Shown here: piece by piece, positions 53,029 to 64,000 of the stretch | Numbering within the stretch: the first letter of the stretch is position 1 | Layout: every line of letters begins with the position of its first letter | DNA from: Eledone cirrhosa | Lineage: Eukaryota | Assembly: GCA_964016885.1 (NCBI GenBank) | Contig: OZ024743.1 | Span: forward strand, 1,116,001 to 1,180,000 | Direction of reading: 5' to 3' | DNA: 64,000 nt | Program-made: the position numbers and the translations under genes | The notes under the pieces: model-generated | Told to the model about the DNA's origin: nothing | Database searches by the model: none | Seen by the model: the letters and a program-made list of their open reading frames with translations, nothing else

Positions 53029-54121
53029 CATTCTCGTAAACATTTACCAAGTCTCGGGATTTAGCGTATATAATTGATTAGCCATGTTGAAAACGTGATG
53101 TTATATTTTTTATGAATAGAATCATTGCCTGTTACATATACCATCTTTAATAAATCATTCTAAGTCGCTTACTCTTTTAGTAGGAGCAACTCAAGTATGC
53201 ACATTTCATAAGTCGTCATTGATTAATTGAATTAGTCGGCATTTATCACGATGTTTCTTGAAATAGATCTGTAATTTAAATATACGGTCTATTTTATATC
53301 TTTGGGATGAAGATTTACTAAACGTACGCACATGAATTATTTCATATCTATATATCTTTATATAAAGTAACAACTTAAGGTTTAATTCAAAACTGACACA
53401 AGCTATGTTTTGACATTCCTGCTACTCATACCATCTCTTCTTTAATGCTACGAACCCAGACGTGATCCCAGCTGATAGAATGGATAAAGCAGCCCCGTGG
53501 ATATTAGCGAGGGAAGAACGTCAAATTAGCTATTTCAGTTAATGGGGCTTTTCCAAGCCTGTGACTAACTTGGTCCTTATAGTACTGGGTAGGGATGTAG
53601 TTCAGAGGCCATGAACGACAGACGTTTACACAGCAACAGGTTCAACGAACCTGTGGCTTTCACAGAATGTTGCCGCAGGATAATGTATCGCTATATGTTG
53701 AGCGTCATACTACCACTGAATCGAAAGGTCTTGAAGTCATCTGGATTTTTGCCATTGCCTCGGCTGAAGCTGGGAAAGGAAACCAGAAACGTCCAAGCCA
53801 TGTTTAGTACTCTCATTGAGAGCACCATGACCTGCTAGGCGAGCAGCACTGTGACAGCATGACAGCGGGTGACAGTTGAAAGTGATCACCGTAGATCGGT
53901 TGAAAGTGACCACCGTGGCATCTGTGATGCTCGCAGGTCGTGAGGCAGAGCTTCAAGATACCAGTGACGCACAGACCAGGCAGTCGCTGTCTAGTTGAGT
54001 ACCAGTTGATACAGAGGGTAAGTCGTTTAGACAGGCACCACTGTGGGATTGGGTGACAAATCACAAGTATTCCAGACGGTGTCATGTCAAACCGGAGGCA
54101 GAGCTGTATTATATATTCAAG

Positions 54122-54201
<80 letters not shown>

Positions 54202-54206
54202 GAAAT

Positions 54207-54240
<34 letters not shown>

Positions 54241-54638
54241 TCAAGAAATATATATATATAGGAAAATGTTCAAGACCCCGACGGCACAGCTCAACCCGTT
54301 TCGACTGCTAACGAATATATGTTCAAGGAAACAACAAACAGAGGTACAAAATGTCTTATTAGTTTAAGGCTTTACTTATAACTACTCCAAAAGTGTTGAG
54401 CTGAAAATACCATATTTAAAAAGATCTTTACCAAGCAATATCTACCGACATAAATAAATAATAAAAAGACTAATCCTTTGTCTTAATGAGTTTTGAAATG
54501 TAAATGCTCTGCTATTTGAATTGCCGTTTATTCACCCAGTTTCCTCCGTTCACTCCTGAAGAACGAAGGGCTAAAAAAAGTGCATCGAGCTTATCTCATC
54601 TTACCAATGAAATTAGTGAACCTTTACACTATAACCTC

Positions 54639-54745
<107 letters not shown>

Positions 54746-54765
54746 TGTGTGTGTGTGTGTATGCA

Positions 54766-54813
<48 letters not shown>

Positions 54814-54854
54814 TGTGTGTGTGTGTGCATGTGTGCGTGTGTGTGTGTGTGTGT

Positions 54855-54933
<79 letters not shown>

Positions 54934-57077
54934 CGCGCGCGCGTGTGTGTGTGATTATAGATATATGCGAATGAAAGAATGGGAGCAAAGCGAAGAGTCG
55001 AAACATATCAAGTAGACTTCAAAGAACATAAATAAAGAAAGAAATGAAGAAAGAAAGCATTAAATGAATAAATATGTACGTACATAAATACATAAATAAA
55101 CAACGATATACTAACAAGTAAATACGCAAGAAAACAAGGGCAAAGGAAAAGCAATTGACAGAACTGCAAAAAATAAAATGCAACAAAATAATTGCATACG
55201 CCAAGAAGCGTATTTACACCTACACGTGCTTGAATGTGGGGTGTATAAATGATGATATAAACTCTGTATATAGTTTCATGGCAAAGATAATTGGTTGGAA
55301 GTAGGTTTTAAAACACATGTTAAGCATGAAAGCTTCATGAGTCAGTGTGGAGACAGCTTAAACAAAAGCCTCATTTATAGTTGACGGCATGAACGAAATT
55401 AAACAGTTTCTTACGGTGGTAATGTGTCCAAAATTAGATATTCATTTGCTGCAATAGCACTGAGCGTGTACAAGCAATTGCTATTCTCATAAACCTGATT
55501 GTTGCCAAATTTTTTATCGTGCACACTTGGTACTCATTTTCAGAAGACAAAGACTATTTGTTGTGAAGTGGTTTTGAGATCTTAGTAATTACACTAATAT
55601 GCCATAGATAGGGTGGTACATTGTAGAGCTTTTAGCGAATATCAGAGAAGATACCAGTTAAGACGACCCAGATAATGTTAACAACTAGTTGATAGGCCAT
55701 GTTTTCAAAGCTAACGATCTCTAAGTTTAATTACATTATAAAACTTAGTCTTTTTCATTATCTCCGCTTTTCTGCATTCATCTCGTCAACGATTCAGCTC
55801 ATTGAAATATATATATTTATTTATTTTTAAATATGTACATGTTTAAAAAAGCTCCTCGACAAAACTGTATAGGTATAAGTATGGCCTGTTTTGATATCTT
55901 TATTACCATTCAATTTCCGCTCAGCCATGCTGTGATGAGAAAATGCAAGTACTTACATGATGCAGCCTAATATAAATGGATGGCGAATTAACCGAGTCGT
56001 TTCAGCGTCTGATAAAATAATTTTGAGTATTTTTTTCGACTTTCTGCCATCTGAGTTCAAATGCTGTCTTGAGAAGCTTTGGGTTTCCACTTTTCGGGTT
56101 CGATTAAATAAATTACCAGTCCAGGGCGGTGGATTTGGGAAATTATCAGCGCGTCAGCAGACGTTGCTTGTTGCATTTGTTCCGGCTCTTTGTATTCCAA
56201 TTAAAAATGCCACTCTCGCCCGATTTCGTGTCTTCGGCGGAGTCAAAACTGCTGATCAATCTTTACGTAAGTCTCGGTTTTGAGGATAACTTACTCCCAC
56301 CTGTCCTAGAACAAACAATAAAAAAAATGCAGGATATTTCGCATATCCCTAATACTTCTGATGTCAGAAACAATTTTAAGAAGCAATCAACGGTACTGGA
56401 TATGCTTTAAATTTAATCAAATTTTGGCTTATGGAAATTATAATTTGTATGATATTTCTGTTACAATATGTCCCTAAATTTGTTAGACCATCAACCCCTT
56501 TATGGAACCCTTGACCCTCATCAATCCCAGGCGTTTACAAAAAGATAAATTATTAATAATAATCTATACATATATATAAAACTGAAATTGTCTGTGTGTG
56601 TGTTCTAATTTTTGCCAAGTCTATACAAACCCACATTTCTACTCCGATTGATTTCAAACTTGCATTTATATATTCCTTGCGGTCTAAAGATATTAACTGC
56701 AGCTTTTACTTTTCAGTTTTCTGTTGTTAAAGGCGTGTTAGGCGCCGGTTAGCAATCTCTCTCTTTTTCTTAGTCTGTCTTTTTAGATAGATACATAGCT
56801 ATAACATCGCACCATTATAATATCTGTCTGTATGTCTGGCTATCTGCATTACGACATTATGAAAACATCGTTCTCATTGCTGACGTATTATCTTCGCTAT
56901 TTTCCGTTCATTGCCACGAACGGAAAATAGCGAACAAAAGTATCGTCTTCCTGTTTTCCGTCGGTTGCAACGATTTTTGAAATATTTACTTCTGCGTTCA
57001 CAGATTGATTTTTTTAGTTTCAGAAGATCCCGTTAAGGGTGAAAGCAGCGATTCTTTGCTTAAACTTTAATCTGTTA

Positions 57078-57155
<78 letters not shown>

Positions 57156-57285
57156 AAAATCGGAATTAAGAGTATTCCGCAGTTTACTGTAATAATAATA
57201 ATAATAATAGTATTATTAGCTCAAAGAAGAAGAATTCTTTACACACTTCTCACTGTGTAACACATTTCTCTTTGTGTAATATATA

Positions 57286-57351
<66 letters not shown>

Positions 57352-57354
<3 letters not shown>

Positions 57355-57550
57355 CGAAGGAAATGTGGTAAGGAACCAGGTGGACCATAACGCACCAAAG
57401 TACTCAATACTTAGGGTAGTAGAGTGGGTAATAGGAACAAGTAAGACCCCGACGGCTGAGCTCAAGCCGTTTCGACGGCTAATTCTGTACTCAATGTACA
57501 GAATTAGCCGTCGAAACGGCTTGAGCTCAGCCGTCGGAGTCTTACTTGTT

Positions 57551-57553
<3 letters not shown>
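57352..57553. mobile_element. Family A fold-back element
   Basis: ~60-bp inverted arms centred on gtac-tcaat-gtac, plus tail. Confidence 0.85.
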
Positions 57554-57602
<49 letters not shown>

Positions 57603-58028
57603 TATATTCGTGTACAGATATTTTTGCATACACAAAAACAAAATATAAACAAACGTATTTATTTCACGAAACCACAAACGGCTTATCGTCATTGTTACAG
57701 CCGATATGCCACCCAAAAAGTCCCACTACTTTTGGCACAAGTCCAGCAATTACATGGTCAACGGTTCGGAAATCACATGCACCACTGACGAGTTTACTCC
57801 TTATTCTACCAGTTAGTCTTAGTGTACTTCATCCTGCTTTTAGGCGATGCCTCGAAGGAAGAGATACTCCATTGGCCGAAATACTGCGAAAGCGGCAAGA
57901 AAAAGAACAAGGCGGGCAAACGAATCGTCAGTGTAGTCTGCTATTCGACGGTCGCAAGATGTCGAACGTACTGCCACCAGAAGAGCACTTGAAACAGACA
58001 ACCAACGAACCATTCGACGAAACGTGTC

Positions 58029-58217
58029 AGCTTTGCAATGTCTATTAGCAAATTCCAGGGTCAGACCCTAGCTGTTGCTGGTCTTCTTTTGGAAGAGTCA
58101 TGTTTTTAACACGGGCAACTATACTTTGGCTGCTCAAGAGTGGGAAGCAAGACAAATCTCTTTGCATATGCCCGACACGGAAGAACAAGGAACATTGTGT
58201 ACAAGGAGGTGCTACAA
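58029..58217 (+). pseudogene. Helitron PIF1-like helicase C-terminal remnant
   Basis: SFAMSISKFQGQTLAVAGLLLEESCF*HGQLYFGCSRVG..TRNIVYKEVLQ. Confidence 0.9.
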
Positions 58218-59754
58218 TCATTGTTTGGGTAGACGAAGCACAAAGAGATATACACGATTGGCTGAAGAAGGACGAGACTGTGTTAGTAGTACGACCAACG
58301 GCTATTATCACACCAACAGCAGCAAAAACAAGAACAAAAAATAGAGGGAACGCAATTACATGCTTTTGAAAAATCTTAATGGAAGATTATTTGCCTAAGC
58401 ACAGAATGTAGACACCATTCCCAGGCCGAGGTATTCCGTACTGTTTCAGAAAGAAGGGATAAACATGCCAATATATGTTTAGAAGCTCGAGCAACACCGG
58501 GCCATTCTGCTAGTTAAATATAAATGTATCCATATGCGGATAGACACACACGTGTAACGAATCTTAGAACGCTGGTTTCCGTTTTCTATAGTTTTAACCA
58601 CCCTTTCCTTCCTCAGTCATCACATAGATATTTCCTTCATTGCATGACACCAAATAACTATATAACAACACATTGGCTATTATTATAGTTGATGATTAAT
58701 GTATCAGCTAGTTGTATTTTATGTAGTTTTATTTCCTATACGGATGTCAGCATTCGATCCCAAAAGTTAAATCGACCCCTGGCGTTTATCGACCCCCTTT
58801 TGACCCCCAGGCATTTGTCGACCCCTTGGCGTTGATGTGAGCCATTTTGGAGACTCTTGTTATAAATATTAGTGCTTGTGCAGTACTTCTATTAAATAGC
58901 GATGCTCGTTACTAGTATCCTTCACACTTGTTTAACTTTTCCTTCTCGTATTTACTACCCTGCTCTTATGAGAAACACATTCCAATGATATAGATATATA
59001 TACTAGGTGACATGTTAAATGTTTTGAGTCTTCAATAATGATAGCTGGGTGGTTAATATAAATTGTTCTGTCCTTATTGATATCTGAAGAAATGGTATGT
59101 TGCTCCCCAACAAATCTTAGTATTATGTGTATTATAATAGCATCAGTTTACGGGTATTTCAAATCCGATCTCTTTATATATATTCCAATGAGCATACCGA
59201 GCAACTCCACTATATCACTTTATCCATTCTTATTTAGTTATAGATACTCGGCTATAATATATTCTAATGTTTCGTCAAATTGCTCACATATTATACATTT
59301 TTATCCGAGTTAGTCCATTCAATATCTTTCCTTTGTAGTATCTAAATTTGGCTCTCATTTTGGGCTGTTACAGGCTGGCTGAGACGCAACATGGCCGAGT
59401 TGTTAAGAAGTTTACTTTGCAATCATTAGGCACCTGGTTCGATCGTAGTGCATGGCATTTTTGGCCAATGTCATTTAGTATTCTAGTGTTGTCACTTACA
59501 TTGTGAGTGAAACTGGGAAGACCGAATCTGATTGGAAGCCCTTTTGGCCGATTTTTACCTGTATTTCAAAGAACCAATTTTGTTACACAGTGTACCACGC
59601 GGAATCTCAAATAAAATTACGTTAAGGATACACGTGTCTGTCAGGCTACTCACATTATCGAACAACTGACACTCCTCCTTGAAACTGACGGAGGTCCATT
59701 ACACCTTGGTGGTTTTTTGAAGTCGTGTACCTCTCATATTATTATTATTATTTT

Positions 59755-59985
59755 GGATTGGCAGTATCGGTAGAGCGTCGGACAACAGGTTTAGCGGCAT
59801 ATAGTGACGGTCTTTTACGCTCTGGGTAAATACCTCGGAGGTTAACTTTGCCTTTCATCCTTACGGGGTTTAATAAAATAAACTATCAGTAGTAATAAAG
59901 TAGGGTCGATTTAATTGACCCCACCCCACCCCTACCCTCAAACACACAAAAATATGGGGGCCTTGTGCCTAATGTAGAATTCATT
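59755..59985 (+). mobile_element. Diverged SINE S1 subfamily copy
   Basis: Same head and body, with a longer 3' part. Confidence 0.75.
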
Positions 59986-61377
59986 ATTATTATTATTCGA
60001 AACTTCCTTTGAATTCTGCTTCTTTACCAAATAATGCCGAATGACTTCCTGACACCCGAGGCAAAATTTGATAATACACATTGATTGTCAACATGATGCC
60101 ACAAAGGCAAAAATATCAAAGGCAAACAAGCGCTGAAGCTACGACATCTCCAGATATTCCTAAACGGTGAATAGGAGTGGTCGGCGTTTGGCGGCAGGTT
60201 CAGCAGCTCGTCCTTCTGACTGGAGTGCATTAGTGGTTCAAGTGACCACCGAGCCAGGGAGTCTGGCATCTGGAATGTTGTCGGGCGCTCACAGCCCTCG
60301 AACAGTCAGATATTGTGGTTAGTCGAAATTCCACTCTGGACTAGTGTCGGGCAAGTGCGACAACGTCATCGGAGAAAATCCTGGAAATAACGAAAACGAG
60401 TTTATTGAACAGTTATTATCGCGAGAAGGACGGACTCGGCTATTAACTGGCTCCATCGTGAATATTACCCAGCCGCCTTCTTTTGCGCAATGATATTTAA
60501 TCTTGCTATGTTATATATGTGAAGGCGCACCCTATTTCATAATTTATTTCTAGGTAAATAAACAAAAAACAATGGGTGTTTGATGATGGCATACTTTTTC
60601 TATCAAAGTTAACCTGAGACTATATAAAAATAACAATGGATTGAAAAGCAGCAAATTGGCACAGTTTTAATAGCGTCGGATATAATATAGTTACTACTTT
60701 TTTATATTACTGCCTTTCTATATTATTGTTTTTTAAGTTTACGTTAATCGTAGATAACATTAATTTACACATTAAACCATTGACATTTTTAGTATTTGCT
60801 GGTCATTTAGTTCGGCAGTTAAAATTAAAGCTTTACACGCTCACACGCTCAGACAAAATATATTATACACCCCATATCGTAGCAAGAGACTAGCATATTT
60901 ATGGGCTCTGGCACTGCTACTCAAATTACACCTATGTCATAGTAGAAAGGAACACTTGAATAATGTCTCAGATATATGATTGAAATAAGACGAGCAGGTA
61001 GCAATTTTATGCCGTTTATTACATGTCTGCTCAGTCAGGGCTAGCCTGGTGCTAAAAAATATCGACGGCAAAAACATATTGCTCGTTAATTTAAGAAAGA
61101 TGAAATTTGCGTTTCGTCATTCGGAGGAGGCGATAAAATAAATAGCAGTTCGAGACGCTGGATTAGCGGTATTTCTGATTTCAAACTCGGTTGTGGACTA
61201 GTTATGTCGTGGGTTTCATTTATTGCCCAGTCTAAAACCGTTAACTCTGCTATGGAAACATTTAGTGGGAATTATTTTTTAAGATTATTCACACCAGATG
61301 TCCGATTTCAGGATCCCTTCTCCTCTCCATACTAGCAATTTCAGAGTCCCTTGAAAACAGAAAAGAGAATATATCTA

Positions 61378-61497
61378 CAGGGTGACGCAAACGTCACGCA
61401 CCACCCTAATCATCATACTATGAATATTTATCAAATTTACTTACAGAAATGACTGATATGAAGATATTATGGCAATGTGACTTTTGTGCCACCCTAA
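61378..61497. mobile_element. Small Tc1/mariner-like MITE
   Basis: CAGGGTGACGCAAACGTCAC / GTGACTTTTGTGCCACCCT inverted ends after TA. Confidence 0.6.
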
Positions 61498-61771
61498 ATA
61501 TACATATATACTAATGTGTATATACATATATCCATTCATACACAAAGTGGACAGTAGTTAGATTACAGCGAATGCGTGTTTGCATTAAGGTAAACGAGCA
61601 ACATTTGCAAATTTTATGTAACTATATAAACTAATATGAATTGCCTGTGAATTACTTTAGTATAACATTTGAAATCAATATGTCTTTCTTTTCTATTTAC
61701 ATTTATTAACAGAAAGCTAATTGTGGCCCAGATCATACATACAAACACATACATATATACATACACACATA

Positions 61772-61822
<51 letters not shown>

Positions 61823-61909
61823 TCATACATACATACATACATACATACATACATACATACATACATACATACATACATACATACATACATACATACATAC
61901 ATACATACA

Positions 61910-62940
61910 TGGCTGACCCTCGTTATCGAGTATGGCTATTGCACGATATACCATTATTAATAATTATTAATTAATTCTATCGTGCAATGCCTGTGCCTGA
62001 AGATATTTTTTAAAGTGAGGAAAGACTGTGCACTGAGCCAATCCCACTCTCTGAGAGACAGTAGCTATAACCCGAAAAGAAGAAAAGATCAACATCATCG
62101 GTAACTACTGAGCCGCAGGTTTTATATCGGAGTTATCCCAGTTTCCTGAGTTGCCTTCTCCTAGAAGAATGCCCTGACAAAGGCTAGGGGTCCTTCACTC
62201 CCAGTGGTTTAACCGCGCGGTACATGTGTATATACATATTTACACACTTTTGGATGGCTGTTGACTCTAATGTCTTCTTCCGCCCTTTGTCAGGTTTTGC
62301 TTTTTGTCCTGCAGGGTGTCCAAAATCACCCTCCTAACAAAGTAAACTTGGTGGGGTTGCCGGTTTAGTCGTCCACGACCCGATCATGCAACAGGTTGTA
62401 CTGGGTTACATGTTACCAGTAGCACTCAAGAGTGACCCGACATACATATATACATACATACATGCATGCATCCATCCATCCATCCATACATCCATCCATC
62501 CATCCATCCATACATACATACATGCATACATACATGGTGGCTGCCAACTCGTTTTCGAGTACGGCCACTACTTTATATCCATGTAGGAGAACCCCTACCG
62601 AAGCGCTGAACGAGTGTGACTTTTTAGTCCAGCCAGCGACTTGAAAACTCTGGTACAAATACTACACTTGTGACAATTATTGACACATAGTGCTGGGCCC
62701 ATGGTACCATGTGAGGACAAGTGCAGAGAGATCTCCAGATATAAAGCAATGCCTGTGCCGTGAAGCTTTTATAGTGAGCAAAGGCACTGCACAAAGCCAG
62801 TCCCACTCTCTTAACCAAGATGATATTTACCAAAAAGAAGAACAAGTCAACATCATTGGATACCATCAGGGTTGCAGGTGTTATATCAGAGTTTTCCTTC
62901 TCCTAGAATTCTGCCTTGACAAATGCTAAGGGGTCATCTC
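61910..62940 (-). mobile_element. Two RTE-derived non-autonomous elements in (TACA)n (61910-62440 diverged; 62535-62940)
   Basis: Homology to 16927-17446 and 14917-15108. Confidence 0.72.
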
Positions 62941-62996
62941 TCATACATACATACATACATACATACATACATACATACATGTATGTGTGTGTGTGC

Positions 62997-63120
<124 letters not shown>

Positions 63121-63760
63121 GTGTGCATGTAGAGAGAGGGGGAGACCTCGTGATGTATGCCTTTCCATGTGTGTACATAATGTGGGTGGATGAAAATAAA
63201 TTTTCAAAAACTTCTATAAATTTTGCTGATAATTACTGCTTTAATTAATCCTAATTAAGATCATCAATTGAATGCTATCAAAACTTCTTTGAAATTTGAT
63301 CCACGTGGATTTACATGTTTTATCTGAAATAAAACTGGATAACGTTTATTCATATGACTGGGTAACATACCTACCCAAATATAAATCGTATTCATCCGTC
63401 TAAATCATAATTAAACTAAGCTGCTTATTACATGCCTTAAGTAACAACATAAATATAAAACTGTACAGAATCAATGTTAAAATTTCGCAAACTCTGGTAA
63501 TATGTACAAAATTAGAATGATTTCAATAGTCTTAAATTCATTACATTATGTTACTACCGAAAGTATTTTGCATACCGTATGTACGTGCATTGCTTTTTAT
63601 ATTGTTTTTTTTTAGGTTTCTATTGTATTCAAATTCCTACATAATATATATGCTGCACATATGTGTTCGACGTGGGCTTTGGTTATGTAGTTTTAATTAT
63701 TCCAAAGACACCTACGATAAGAAGCCTTGTTTAATTGTTACTTCTATTGTTCGATCATTC

Positions 63761-63860
63761 CGAGGTTAACTTTGTCTTTCATCCTCATGGGGTCGATAAA
63801 ATAAAGTACCAGTAATATACTGGGTAATTGCTGGCCTTGTGCCAAAAGTAGAAACAATTA
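63761..63860 (+). mobile_element. SINE S1, 5'-truncated
   Basis: 3' half of the consensus. Confidence 0.85.
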
Positions 63861-63881
63861 TCTATATATATAAACTTTTGT

Positions 63882-63948
<67 letters not shown>

Positions 63949-64000
63949 TCATTTTTGCTAAGTCTATACAAATCCACATTTCTACTCCGATTGACTTCAA
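63861..64000 (+). mobile_element. Helitron 5' end (runs off the window)
   Basis: Matches 56563-56660 (aagtctatacaaa.ccacatttctactccgattga.ttcaa). Confidence 0.75.

Larger units (their letters stand above)
56563..58513 (+). mobile_element. Internally deleted Helitron containing nested TA-island elements
   Basis: 5' TCtatacatatatataaaac, 3' gcaacaccggg..CTAG between A and T; helicase remnant inside. Confidence 0.8.

Noticed and set aside
53430-54110. Possible host exon or LINE remnant in a GC-richer stretch (similarly 17520-17940 and 60020-60420)
   Set aside because: Frames are broken and I could not recognise a motif with confidence; probably decayed transposons, needs a BLASTX search
57272-58048. 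258-aa ORF
   Set aside because: Runs through two (TA)n tracts, a family A palindrome and Helitron debris; not a coherent protein

Overview
Eukaryotic, AT-rich, microsatellite-saturated non-genic DNA. It is most likely an octopus or other coleoid cephalopod; this is an inference from the SINE family, the repeat landscape and the density of (TA)n/(CA)n/(TACA)n/(GATA)n tracts. I found no convincing host protein-coding exon. Recognisable coding remnants are all transposon-derived: a near full-length Tx1-type L1-clade LINE plus two truncated copies, three RTE-type LINE pieces, R4/Dong-like fragments, three Penelope-like (GIY-YIG) fragments, a Helitron with a PIF1 helicase remnant and a mariner remnant. 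About 11 copies of one tRNA-derived SINE are also present. The main discovery is that most short unique islands between (TA)n tracts are non-coding elements of about 0.1-0.9 kb, each carrying a type I hammerhead ribozyme (HHR) that I folded by hand. There are about 13 sequence-unrelated families and over 20 copies in 64 kb. They occur as partial tandem repeats (monomers of 333-682 nt) or as fold-back inversions, and several have non-canonical cores (U3-A8 covariation, U.U or C.A at the base of stem II, long stem II inserts). One family directly follows a GIY-YIG ORF and another probably does. Together this looks like a large radiation of TA-targeted Penelope-dependent retrozymes. Folds and coordinates were read by eye and need computational and biochemical confirmation.
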